Sequence record: OP991903.1
Source: Erwinia phage vB_Ea277G
Direction: 5' to 3' (one strand)
Length of the DNA stretch: 40,000 nucleotides
The notes under the pieces were generated by a model that saw only the letters and a list, made by a program, of their open reading frames with translations, did not search any database and was not told where the DNA came from. Position numbers and translations under genes: made by a program. This document shows positions 9,352-18,171 of this stretch, in pieces (the first letter of the stretch is position 1; the number at the start of each line of letters is the position of its first letter).

Positions 9352-9720
9352 ATGTTCAGTCACATCACCCTGAAAGAAGAAGTACTCAAGTTCAGCCGCA
9401 TCGACCGTTCTCACTTCCTTCTTCGGGGTGACAATGTGTCACTGGACTTCTACAAAGGTTTTATGGAAATGCCGGTACTGGTAGGTCCAATCCTGAAAAC
9501 GCAACAGTACCAGATTCACCAGGAAATCGAAACGTTCCTGAAAATCAAAGGCCTGATTAGTGAAAGTAGTCGTATGCAGGCCGTTGTCACTATGGGTGTT
9601 GACGTGTTTGAAGGTGTATGGCGTGGTACTTCTACTCGCCTGACTCCGTTTGCAGTTTATGTGCGCGCACGCACTAGCGGCAACAAACACACCCTGGAAA
9701 TCTATCGCGTTAAAGAATGA
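9352..9720 (+). CDS. Hypothetical protein
   Basis: 122-aa ORF, GGAG upstream. Confidence 0.75.
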   Translation: MFSHITLKEEVLKFSRIDRSHFLLRGDNVSLDFYKGFMEMPVLVGPILKTQQYQIHQEIETFLKIKGLISESSRMQAVVTMGVDVFEGVWRGTSTRLTPFAVYVRARTSGNKHTLEIYRVKE

Positions 9721-9760
9721 TTCTTAACTTATCATCGCGGCTAGCCGCTAAGGACTTACC

Positions 9761-10135
9761 ATGACCGTATTATTCCGCTGCAAAGAAGAACTCTCTCGCC
9801 AGGCTTCGATTGTCATCTCCCGTCTTAACATGCTGTGTGCAGACCCTGCGATTCACTTTGGTGAACAGACAGTACAGGAACTGTTTGAGTACGATTACTT
9901 CCACATCTACAACTATCTTCAGAACGCCATGTTCACGGATAGCGGTGAAATCAAGTGGGCACTTGCGACCCACCTGGAACGTGCAGGGTTTATCGTACAC
10001 CGGGTTGACATCGGCGTGTGCATCAAACTTCCAATTGGCGACATCGAAGTCGCCTCGAAGGTTGAAGCCATGTCTCGAACTGGTTACCTCTTACCATCCG
10101 AATTACGTGCTATGGAAGCAGGAGCGCAAGCATGA
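9761..10135 (+). CDS. Hypothetical protein
   Basis: 124-aa ORF coupled to next gene. Confidence 0.75.
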   Translation: MTVLFRCKEELSRQASIVISRLNMLCADPAIHFGEQTVQELFEYDYFHIYNYLQNAMFTDSGEIKWALATHLERAGFIVHRVDIGVCIKLPIGDIEVASKVEAMSRTGYLLPSELRAMEAGAQA

Positions 10136-10467
10136 AAGTATTAACTCTCACTCACGCCCAGGCCCAGAAGTTACATCGCCATATCCTGAAACTGAAGCGT
10201 CAAGTCGACAAAGGGTTCTACGTTATCCCTTCGAAAGAATGGCGCGGTTTCATGGAAGAACTGGTTGAAGATAAATGTCACATCTCCATGGGGAAAGTTG
10301 AACTCGACGTTCTCTTTTCTCGCCTGTACAACTACCTGACCTATCGGAAACCCCGGGGTCTGATTCTGGAACACCAGGTCTATCCGGGAAAGTACCACCG
10401 TCGTCAAATCGGTGCCATCACGTCGATTGACTTTGTGATGGAACCGGGGATGAAGGTCCCTAGTTAA
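10132..10467 (+). CDS. Hypothetical protein
   Basis: 111-aa ORF, ATGA overlap. Confidence 0.75.
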   Translation: MKVLTLTHAQAQKLHRHILKLKRQVDKGFYVIPSKEWRGFMEELVEDKCHISMGKVELDVLFSRLYNYLTYRKPRGLILEHQVYPGKYHRRQIGAITSIDFVMEPGMKVPS

Positions 10468-10476
10468 AATTTACGG

Positions 10477-10591
10477 CCGTGTTCTTTGTTGTGAACAAAA
10501 TAACGAACTACATGGCTCATTCGCCTACCGCTTGTGTCAGCAAGCAAGTAGGTCTTTCCCTGACCGGCGTCCACGCGCCGGTTTCTTTTTT
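10477..10591 (+). ncRNA. Candidate small structured RNA ending in a terminator
   Basis: ORF-free; TGTTC...GAACA, CCTAC/GTAGG enclosing GCTTG/CAAGC, then ACCGGCG-TCCACG-CGCCGGT + TTCTTTTTT. Confidence 0.45.
10563..10591 (+). terminator. Rho-independent terminator
   Basis: ACCGGCG-TCCACG-CGCCGGT + TTCTTTTTT. Confidence 0.85.
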
Positions 10592-10611
10592 GTTTGTTTC
10601 TGGAGAAGAAC

Positions 10612-11238
10612 ATGAACAAGCCTTTACCTAAGGTGACGGTTCGCCGTGGTGGTGTCGTCAAGTTTGAAGACAACGTAGCAGTCGTTGACCTGACAGCATT
10701 GACGGGCGACAGTACTCCGGTACGTTTCCCGATTCCTGCTCCGCTGTTACCCCGCCCGGAAGAGTATTCAACCTCGCCTGCGATTACCCAATACGGGTCT
10801 GCTGGCGCGTTAACCGATTTAGCCGGGATGATGGGTGAAGATTACGTGCAGTACCGTTTCTTCCACCTCATTGCCCTGTACCCTGACTTCAAGAAACTGG
10901 GGTATCATCACAGCGAAACGTCCAGTCACCTCATCCTGGAACACGGCGACAACAAGCGTGTCCTTGCCTGGTGGGTGAACGATATGCCGGAGACCTTCCT
11001 CTGCTTTGAAGAAGGTGAAGACCTCCCTGCACCGCGTGAAGATGACACTAAAACGCCGGATTTGTTCAATCCAAGCGAACTTATGTATGCACTGAGTATC
11101 ATGGCCCAACACGGTTCCATGGGCTCGGACATCTTTGCGATTTATAATACCCCGGAACGTAAAACCGTTCTGTTCAATGACTACGAAGACCCAACGTTCT
11201 TCATGGGAGCTTACTTTAATCCAGTCGAGCAAGACTGA
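10612..11238 (+). CDS. Hypothetical protein, start refined to ATG 10612
   Basis: GGAG upstream of ATG 10612. Confidence 0.8.
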   Translation: MNKPLPKVTVRRGGVVKFEDNVAVVDLTALTGDSTPVRFPIPAPLLPRPEEYSTSPAITQYGSAGALTDLAGMMGEDYVQYRFFHLIALYPDFKKLGYHHSETSSHLILEHGDNKRVLAWWVNDMPETFLCFEEGEDLPAPREDDTKTPDLFNPSELMYALSIMAQHGSMGSDIFAIYNTPERKTVLFNDYEDPTFFMGAYFNPVEQD

Positions 11239-11248
11239 TAATAATTTA

Positions 11249-11268
11249 AGGGGAGTGGCGACTCCCCT
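11249..11268 (+). other. Intergenic hairpin AGGGGAGT-GGCG-ACTCCCCT without U-tract
   Basis: Perfect 8-bp stem. Confidence 0.6.
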
Positions 11269-11285
11269 AACTTGGAGACTACCAC

Positions 11286-11984
11286 ATGCGCATCTTTACG
11301 CTCTGGCTCAGCACCCTTTTGCTGACCCTTGGCCTGTTAGCGGCACCGGCAATGGCGACCACCAGTACCGGACCCGTGAAGGTCAATTACGCCGGGATGG
11401 AGAAGTACGGCAAGTTAGTGTTACAAGTCGCTAACCAAACCGGGGTCGACCCGATGGAGCTGGTGACCTTCATCAGCATTGAGTCGAAGTTCAACCCCAA
11501 AGCAAAGAACGGTGAGGGTAGTAGCGCTGCCGGAATGGGTGCCTTTATTGACAGCACCTGGCTCGCGATGCTAAAGACGTACGGGAAAAAATATGGGCTT
11601 TCCATGAAGACTCGGAAATCCAATCCCCGCGCCAACCTGCTTATGACTGCCGAATACATCAAGGAGAACCGTGGTATCCTGGAGAGTCGACTTGGTCGGC
11701 CTGTTAGTACCGCCGAGGTTTATACCGCCCACCTGCTAGGACCAGGCGGCGCGCTGAAAATCCTGAGTGCCAAAAGTAATCGCGTCGCCTATCAAGCGGC
11801 CCGAACATCACCGTCGAAAAATAAACGGTATTTCCTGAAAGAGAATGGGAAGCCACGGACTGTAGCTGAATTTCGCAAGTTCACCCGCCAGATGGTTGAG
11901 AGCCATAAGCGAGCCTACCGCGAGATTACCATGCTGACTGCCTTCGAGCACCAGATGGAATTTGTTACAGCCTCACGAACCTAA
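11286..11984 (+). CDS. Lytic transglycosylase (SLT/lysozyme-like) with N-terminal signal peptide
   Basis: Signal MRIFTLWLSTLLLTLGLLAAPAMA; FISIESKFNPKAKNGEGSSAAGMGAFIDSTW resembles the SLT catalytic-Glu region (ESxFnP...GxxQ). Confidence 0.8.
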   Translation: MRIFTLWLSTLLLTLGLLAAPAMATTSTGPVKVNYAGMEKYGKLVLQVANQTGVDPMELVTFISIESKFNPKAKNGEGSSAAGMGAFIDSTWLAMLKTYGKKYGLSMKTRKSNPRANLLMTAEYIKENRGILESRLGRPVSTAEVYTAHLLGPGGALKILSAKSNRVAYQAARTSPSKNKRYFLKENGKPRTVAEFRKFTRQMVESHKRAYREITMLTAFEHQMEFVTASRT

Positions 11985-12151
11985 TCTTTTCGGCAATAAA
12001 GTCGGAAAAATTAATAAAGTCATCTTGTTCGCACCCGCAGTAGCGAACAGACCAAAAGATAACTTTACCAATTCACCCCTTGAATAGACCCGTGAATAAT
12101 ATCCGGGTCTGTTCCCCGAATATGCTTTTATTTTGCATTCGGACTGAGGTC

Positions 12152-12159
12152 TATATTAC
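12152..12159 (+). promoter_or_regulatory. Putative phiKZ-type early promoter TATATTAC
   Basis: Exact TATATTAC 41 nt upstream of the 12193 ATG, preceded by three hairpins in an ORF-poor gap. Confidence 0.6.
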
Positions 12160-12192
12160 TTACTTGAACTTAACCTTAATAAGGATTTTGCC

Positions 12193-12795
12193 ATGAGTAC
12201 TGCCAAAGAAGCAGAGTTATGTTTGTTTGTCATGTTGGGTGTCGGGTCCAAAGCCATGTTGAACAGTAAACGCAGTAATGCCCAGTACATGATTCAGGCC
12301 GAGACAAACTCGACTACCGATAAAGGAATGCGTGTTACCAACCGCGTTCGCCGTACTGTCACATTTGATGACCGTGGGGAAACCGATAAAGAACTGTACG
12401 AGGCAGCCACCAAGTTCCGCCTCCCTCGAACTGCCGGTTCCATCAACAGCGAATGTATCGAAACCGAAGTGGTGATTGACGAACACGGCTTCCGTCAGGT
12501 CCTTGCCTTTGCCGGGAACATCCACCACAAGTTCCGCCACTCCATTCCGATGAACGAACTGAAGATTGAAATTGACCACTATGTTCCACCGGGTGAAATC
12601 TACGGCGGAGCGTTTGCGAAGATTGATATCGAAGGGGCGGAAGAGAAAGGGTTGTCCGGTATCATGGAACTCTTGCGTCAGCACGGTATCACGTTTGTCG
12701 ATGTCATCAACCCACCGGGCGTTGAGAGCGACGGCATCAAACAACGTATTCAGCAGCTGATGGCCGAAGAGTACAACCACGTTAACTGTCACTAG
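12193..12795 (+). CDS. Hypothetical protein, possible CYTH-like fold
   Basis: IETEVVIDEHGFRQVL...IHHKFRHSIPMNELKIEIDHYV...GGAFAKIDIE resembles the CYTH order EIE...K.R..i......EID.f......AEiEl. Confidence 0.4.
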   Translation: MSTAKEAELCLFVMLGVGSKAMLNSKRSNAQYMIQAETNSTTDKGMRVTNRVRRTVTFDDRGETDKELYEAATKFRLPRTAGSINSECIETEVVIDEHGFRQVLAFAGNIHHKFRHSIPMNELKIEIDHYVPPGEIYGGAFAKIDIEGAEEKGLSGIMELLRQHGITFVDVINPPGVESDGIKQRIQQLMAEEYNHVNCH

Positions 12796-12803
12796 GAGGT
12801 AAC

Positions 12804-13265
12804 ATGGATATCTTCCAGCGCCGTTGGGAAATGACCCGACGGGAATATGTTGAGCTATTAAACGAATGGATAAAGATAGACCGGGAGTATCAGAATGCAG
12901 TAGCACCGTATGAAGGTGACCCGATTTACGAAATCCAGAAGATGCTCGATAACTACATGACGGTCGAGATGGTTTCTCAGGCATTCACCATGTCGCACGA
13001 TGACATTGAGAATGTTCTCGCTGCCATGAAGAAGTTTCGTGGTGAAATGCGCGAGTGGAACGAGAAATCAGCGGCGTTCGAACAGACCCACGGTAAGTCA
13101 GTCCATTCCGAAAACACCCGACACTTCTACCGGGTTGAGCGCGAATACTCTTACGCCGGGGCGGGGGATTACGTCCTTAGCGACAAACCTTTTGATGAGT
13201 CGATGTACAGCTTGTACCCCGACTTCCCTCCACAAAGTGACTATGGTTTCGGGAGACTACCATGA
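12804..13265 (+). CDS. Hypothetical protein, tandem paralog A
   Basis: GGAGG upstream; internal region aligns with the next ORF. Confidence 0.8.
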   Translation: MDIFQRRWEMTRREYVELLNEWIKIDREYQNAVAPYEGDPIYEIQKMLDNYMTVEMVSQAFTMSHDDIENVLAAMKKFRGEMREWNEKSAAFEQTHGKSVHSENTRHFYRVEREYSYAGAGDYVLSDKPFDESMYSLYPDFPPQSDYGFGRLP

Positions 13266-13654
13266 GCGAACAATTCGAAAGCGAACGTCGTGAGTGTTTG
13301 GACATTCTGATGGAGTCGGACCGTATCGAATCAGAACGTGCCCGGGCAGTTTCTGGTTTGCAATACGCCCCGTACGAAAGCTTTCACCAGATGCGTGAGA
13401 ACAACTTCACCGATGAGATGATTGCACACGCTTTTAGTCTCCCGGTCTCTGATGTAGAAGAAACCATTCAGGCACTCGACAAACACCAAGACGACTATCT
13501 GGCAAACATACAACGTCAGCAGGAGTTCCATCGCAAAACCGGTCAAGTGGCCACGTCACGTGAAGCACGGAAACACTACCGCATTGCAAGTAGTGAAGGG
13601 TATTTTGACGACGAACCATCCTACATGCTCGTTGACAAAGTTATCAAGCTTTAA
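13262..13654 (+). CDS. Hypothetical protein, tandem paralog B
   Basis: ATGA overlap; FTDEMIAHAFSLPVSDVEETIQAL...RKHYR..S..Y matches MTVEMVSQAFTMSHDDIENVLAAM...TRHFYRVEREYSY. Confidence 0.8.
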   Translation: MSEQFESERRECLDILMESDRIESERARAVSGLQYAPYESFHQMRENNFTDEMIAHAFSLPVSDVEETIQALDKHQDDYLANIQRQQEFHRKTGQVATSREARKHYRIASSEGYFDDEPSYMLVDKVIKL

Positions 13655-13702
13655 CCAACACCATTTACCATCGCGGCATTGACCGCTAATAAGGAATATC
13701 AA

Positions 13703-14137
13703 ATGTTAGACCGTAACGGCAACCAGTACGACCCGAACCAGTTCTTTCACAGTACCCCTATCAAAGCCGGTACTGCCAACAAGGACGTTAAGAAACCTCG
13801 GGTCACCAAAGTGAAGGAGGTTCTCACCGAGAAAGAATGTCCGTGCTGTAAAGAACAGCTCGACATTGCGGAGTTCACGTTCCGCGACAAAATTTACAAG
13901 TACTGCACCACCTGTAGGGAAACCACCGCCATAACCAACGACCGCCTCATCCGTGAAGAATTTAAAAGTAATCCACTGATGGTCTTTGTCCCCGACAATA
14001 TTCGGCTGGCTAAATGTCAAGGTTGCGGTCGGGTTAACCCTGTTATCTCTGATTTCCCTGTTAACTTAACAACCATAACAGGGTTTGGTAAATACTGCCA
14101 ACCAAACTGTAAGGGTAAGAAACCATGTCCTCGTTAA
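13703..14137 (+). CDS. Small protein with two Cys4-type zinc-binding clusters
   Basis: CPCC...CTTC and CQGC...CQPNC; start refined to ATG 13703 with AAGGA upstream. Confidence 0.7.
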   Translation: MLDRNGNQYDPNQFFHSTPIKAGTANKDVKKPRVTKVKEVLTEKECPCCKEQLDIAEFTFRDKIYKYCTTCRETTAITNDRLIREEFKSNPLMVFVPDNIRLAKCQGCGRVNPVISDFPVNLTTITGFGKYCQPNCKGKKPCPR

Positions 14138-14592
14138 TGACAGTCACTATTCGCCTATCAGAAGGGAAGCTGCGCGAAATCTCCGTCATTGGTACTGATG
14201 AGAAACGCAGTGTTCTCCTTCGCATGAGCCATAACGCTCGCCACATGCCTTACTCCGCGGTTGTCCTCACCGACGCCGGTCTGGAGGTTTTTCAATTAAC
14301 CCGTAACAGCCCAGGTAAAATTCATCGCATCAGCCATTACGCTGAAGTCATCCGTGATGACCTGAAGAACAACTACGGTCTGACCTTTGACGCCATCGTC
14401 TGGGGTTCCCCAACCGTTGTTTCCATTGACGACGAAGAATGGCTTGCCTTCTCCGACCGTCCCATCATCAGTCGCAGCGGTAAGCTAAGCGACTACTTCC
14501 GCCAGGCGCTGCAAGAACACAACGCCACCGGGACTGACCCGGAACGCGTGTTTGGGTTTGCGCAATCTATCTTCCGCAACATCGCGGCATAA
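14125..14592 (+). CDS. Hypothetical protein
   Basis: 155-aa ORF overlapping previous gene. Confidence 0.75.
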   Translation: MSSLMTVTIRLSEGKLREISVIGTDEKRSVLLRMSHNARHMPYSAVVLTDAGLEVFQLTRNSPGKIHRISHYAEVIRDDLKNNYGLTFDAIVWGSPTVVSIDDEEWLAFSDRPIISRSGKLSDYFRQALQEHNATGTDPERVFGFAQSIFRNIAA

Positions 14593-14627
14593 CGTCGGGA
14601 GGGGCTTCCCTCCCTACTGAGGTTTTC

Positions 14628-15116
14628 ATGAGTACACGCAAGGAACTGGACCAACTCTATTCTAACGTTCGCAGTGCCGTCGCAGAAAGAGGCTGGGTTC
14701 CGATTGAAGTCCGTGACCCGAAGAACGGCGCGAACAACTTTATCTACACCGTGGGCCTCACCACCCTCAAACTCCCCGAAGTTGTCCTTACGGGAGCCAG
14801 CGCATTATCGCAGTCCAGTCGTTATCTGAAAGACTTCATTGATGCACTGGTAAATGGCGCACCCTTCGAGCTGGACGTTCCGTTCACGTTCAAGGTGGTG
14901 GACAGCCGTAGCGACAACCATAACCGCAGTAGCCTTCGCCGCTGCATGTTACGCACCCTGACGCCAGAGAGCATCAAAGAGAAAGCCTACTTTGCCGTCA
15001 ACCAGAAAGTTTGTCTGCCGACCCACGGACTTGTCCAGTTGATTCTGGCAGATGACCAAAATCGCCTTCCTACTGAGAAAGGCTATAACTCTTCCCTCGT
15101 TCAACCTCTTATTTAA
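14628..15116 (+). CDS. DUF4262-like protein
   Basis: FIYTVGLTTLKLPEVVLTG and C-terminal LILADDQNRLPTEKGYNSSLVQPL match the conserved DUF4262 pattern from memory of the family. Confidence 0.65.
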   Translation: MSTRKELDQLYSNVRSAVAERGWVPIEVRDPKNGANNFIYTVGLTTLKLPEVVLTGASALSQSSRYLKDFIDALVNGAPFELDVPFTFKVVDSRSDNHNRSSLRRCMLRTLTPESIKEKAYFAVNQKVCLPTHGLVQLILADDQNRLPTEKGYNSSLVQPLI

Positions 15117-15128
15117 AGGACCGAACTA

Positions 15129-15485
15129 ATGTCAAAACGTATTAAGAATCAAGCTCTTGTAGAAGCCCGTAACTTTTTCGGTGTTCGTCTCAGCTACTTG
15201 CTCGACAAGTTAGCACAAGAGGCTACCATGCGTGATATCGCCGCATCTCTCGGTATTCAGTATTACGCTATCTGCGCCATCCGTAATGGGCGCTACCACA
15301 CGTTCTCGCTGAACTACCTGATGAACGTGGCGGAAACCATGCACCTCGACTTCAGTGTCACCATGGAGTCTAAGAAAGGTAAGACCCAGGTTAAAGCAAC
15401 CGGGATGGAAAAGTATACTCAGGTGAACTACGACCTGACGAAATCCAAACGTGGCGGGTTAACAATCTCTCGCGTAACGCACTAA
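15129..15485 (+). CDS. HTH (XRE/Cro-like) DNA-binding protein
   Basis: ATMRDIAASLGIQYYAICAIRNGRYHTFSLNYLMNVAETMHLDFSVTM. Confidence 0.6.
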   Translation: MSKRIKNQALVEARNFFGVRLSYLLDKLAQEATMRDIAASLGIQYYAICAIRNGRYHTFSLNYLMNVAETMHLDFSVTMESKKGKTQVKATGMEKYTQVNYDLTKSKRGGLTISRVTH

Positions 15486-15493
15486 CCTCGAGC

Positions 15494-15525
15494 AAGGGAC
15501 CTTCGGGTCCCTTCTCTATTTTTTG
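15494..15525 (+). terminator. Rho-independent terminator
   Basis: AAGGGACC-TTCG-GGTCCCTT + TCTATTTTTTGTTTT. Confidence 0.85.
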
Positions 15526-15542
15526 TTTTGGGAGTAAGTAAA

Positions 15543-15872
15543 ATGGCGAAGTGGCTAATTTGGGAAGAAGAGCAGAAGAAGGGATGGTACGAGTGGATTA
15601 CCGGTCGTCCGCAAGTTATCCAGGATATGGCGGAAAAGTACAACCTGGTCGGTGATGAACTGTATCGCCTGAAGACCACGGGGCAACGTGTGATGCTCCA
15701 TTCTCTGTCAGAGGACGGGACCATTACAGTAGTCGTCCTTAGGAAATATAATGTCGATGTCCGCCCTTTCGATATCGACAAACGGGTCTTCGGCATTAAC
15801 CCGGCTGACTTAGAACCGTGTGATTTACCGGAAGGAATGGAGCCGGAGGTGATGGGCAATGAAGAAGAATAA
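15543..15872 (+). CDS. Hypothetical protein, start refined to ATG 15543
   Basis: MAKWLIWEEEQKKGWYEW...; GGAG upstream. Confidence 0.75.
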   Translation: MAKWLIWEEEQKKGWYEWITGRPQVIQDMAEKYNLVGDELYRLKTTGQRVMLHSLSEDGTITVVVLRKYNVDVRPFDIDKRVFGINPADLEPCDLPEGMEPEVMGNEEE

Positions 15873-16419
15873 ACCGAAAGGCTTTCAGCGCACAGTGGCC
15901 AGCTACACCGAGTGGGCACCACCCCTCACCAGCGATGCTCGCCGCCAGACTAGTACCCCTAATCCAATCAATGAAGCACTACTCAAGCAACCGCGCTCCT
16001 CTAATGGACCATTGGTACCCCAGGTGGCGTTCGACGCCGTAACGAAGGACTGGGCGCGTCTGTACCCCGATAAGAAGCTGGACAAGGAGATGCACTACCA
16101 ACTGGCTCTCCGTAAACACCTGGCATTCGAAAAGCAACACCCCATGGTGTCTGGAAAACTGGTTTTCGAAATGAAGGCCACCCACGGGTTACCGTTCGAC
16201 GTTATCTTCGGGCAGATTATTCTGGAGCGCAACAGTCGCGTTAACTGGGTAGAGTTCGTCGACACCGCGTTAGAAAACGGCTGGCTCATCAATAACATCG
16301 TCGTCTCCGTCCGCGCTGGACTGGAAGACGCCAGCATCCATCGTGAATACATTGACGCGGTTATCCAACGCATCAAACTGTATATCACTAAAAAGTTTGA
16401 GGTAGAGAATGCGCATTAA
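15859..16419 (+). CDS. Hypothetical protein
   Basis: 186-aa ORF overlapping previous. Confidence 0.75.
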   Translation: MKKNKPKGFQRTVASYTEWAPPLTSDARRQTSTPNPINEALLKQPRSSNGPLVPQVAFDAVTKDWARLYPDKKLDKEMHYQLALRKHLAFEKQHPMVSGKLVFEMKATHGLPFDVIFGQIILERNSRVNWVEFVDTALENGWLINNIVVSVRAGLEDASIHREYIDAVIQRIKLYITKKFEVENAH

Positions 16420-17191
16420 AGAAGTTACGAAAGAAGAGTTCTTCAAATACCTGGAAAAGCTAGACGATTGCCCCGATTGTCAACTGTCTGCCTCCAACTG
16501 GGGCGAGGTGGCAAAGGACGAACACGGCGATGTCGTCTTAACCTTGGCAGAAGTGAAAGCTTGGTATGGCGCACGGTTCTTTGTCCGTACCGGTGAAGCG
16601 TATTACGAGCACTTGTACGTAGTGCGGCTATCAGACGAAGATGATAGTTGGGAGGATAAATTCTCCCGTCCAAACACGCATTGGTATCATTTCCAGGGTA
16701 ACTGTTGGACCGGGGATAAAAGTGAACCGTGGCCGTTCGAGATGAGTCTGCACATGCATGGCGAACATGTGAACATGCGCCGTACTGTCATCTTTGAAGG
16801 GTCTGGGTATGATGAAGACCGTCCGTTCGAAGACCTGGTGAAAGTCATGGGTGATTTAGCTAACGTCTATCGTCTGGTCGGCCTGTCCGAAGTGGAGTAT
16901 CGTGACGTCGAACTCCGCTTAGAACAAGGACTGGCTGCCCCAGAATGGAAATACTTTGATAAGCGTTCCTTGAATCGTCCTCTCGCCGCCGGAACAAAGG
17001 TTTACATTGACGATGAAGAACTGACCGTTCACTACGAAACCCGCCAGATGGGCGGGGGTCATGGTGAAGGACGTTGGATGGGACAGGTGGTCACCTTGAA
17101 GAACCGCGATGGAGCCCCGGTTAACTTCTACAACCGCCTCATCAAAGCGAAGATACCAGTGGATACTCGTCGGTTCAACCCTAATCGGTAA
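16409..17191 (+). CDS. Hypothetical protein
   Basis: 260-aa ORF ending just before a bidirectional terminator. Confidence 0.8.
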   Translation: MRIKEVTKEEFFKYLEKLDDCPDCQLSASNWGEVAKDEHGDVVLTLAEVKAWYGARFFVRTGEAYYEHLYVVRLSDEDDSWEDKFSRPNTHWYHFQGNCWTGDKSEPWPFEMSLHMHGEHVNMRRTVIFEGSGYDEDRPFEDLVKVMGDLANVYRLVGLSEVEYRDVELRLEQGLAAPEWKYFDKRSLNRPLAAGTKVYIDDEELTVHYETRQMGGGHGEGRWMGQVVTLKNRDGAPVNFYNRLIKAKIPVDTRRFNPNR

Positions 17192-17203
17192 TAAAGCAGA
17201 ATA

Positions 17204-17238
17204 AAAGAAGGGGCATTGCGCCCCTTCTTTTTTTTTTG
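17204..17238. terminator. Terminator between convergent genes
   Basis: AAAGAAGGGGC-ATTGC-GCCCCTTCTTT followed by T-run; A-run on the other side allows use from both strands. Confidence 0.85.
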
Positions 17239-18069
17239 TCAAGAAGCAGCACCGCCGATGAGCGTGCGCAGGAAGTTCCCGTGTCGCGTGTCGTCGTTCA
17301 TGAAGTTGACCGCAATCATTTCTTCATCGTAGTAGGTGTTGTACAGCTCGTTACAATCCGCGTAACCGTCAATGATGTCACGGATACGACCGATTTCACT
17401 ACCACCGTACAGATGACCCATGTCGAGCGTAATCACACTGTTGGTGTAGATGTACGCCTTCACCGCATACACGACAAACTTCGACAGCTGTTTAATGCTG
17501 GTTGGTTTGAAGGTATTCAGTTCCGGGTCATGACCGACACGTACGGTCATGTTACCCTGCTTCACCGACCCCATGTAATCGTTCAGGAGAATTACGTTCT
17601 CCCCGACGATACGGGTAGCTGCCGACCCCAGGATAGGTGCCGGGGATGCCGAACGAAGAATCTTTGCCGCGGAGTTCATTTGCGGGGAGTTCCCTTCGTT
17701 GGACATGTTAAACGAGTTGTTGTTATACCCGTTGTTGGTCATACCGGTCACGCCGTTGATGGTATAGTTGAACGCTAATACCTGCGTGATGATACGCCCG
17801 CCCGTCAATTCTTTTGGGATGCGTATGATGGTCTTGTACTGGTCGTCTTGCTCAACTTCGCAACGCGCCAGAGGGATGTTGACTTCTTCAGCACCTTGAA
17901 GGCTTAAGTCCACCCAGACACGGGCGTCAATGACCTTCTGGCGAATCTGAAAGTCGAGGTTGCTGGCAAAACGGTTCTCTCGACCCATGTCACCCAGGAA
18001 AGCAATTTCCAGGACTTGACGGGGGATTTCCGCTTTGACATCAGCGATGAGTTTCGTGATGACGCTCAT
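17239..18069 (-). CDS. Hypothetical, possibly virion-associated protein
   Basis: 276-aa ORF on the opposite strand; function inferred only from orientation relative to early genes. Confidence 0.8.
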   Translation of the reverse strand: MSVITKLIADVKAEIPRQVLEIAFLGDMGRENRFASNLDFQIRQKVIDARVWVDLSLQGAEEVNIPLARCEVEQDDQYKTIIRIPKELTGGRIITQVLAFNYTINGVTGMTNNGYNNNSFNMSNEGNSPQMNSAAKILRSASPAPILGSAATRIVGENVILLNDYMGSVKQGNMTVRVGHDPELNTFKPTSIKQLSKFVVYAVKAYIYTNSVITLDMGHLYGGSEIGRIRDIIDGYADCNELYNTYYDEEMIAVNFMNDDTRHGNFLRTLIGGAAS

Positions 18070-18171
18070 TGGGCTCGCTCCGTTTCAAAATGTACGTATG
18101 TCACAGTAACTGTGTAGAAGTATAACGTTGGTAACCTTTTTGAATAACCTTTGTGTTAAGGACCCAAAACA

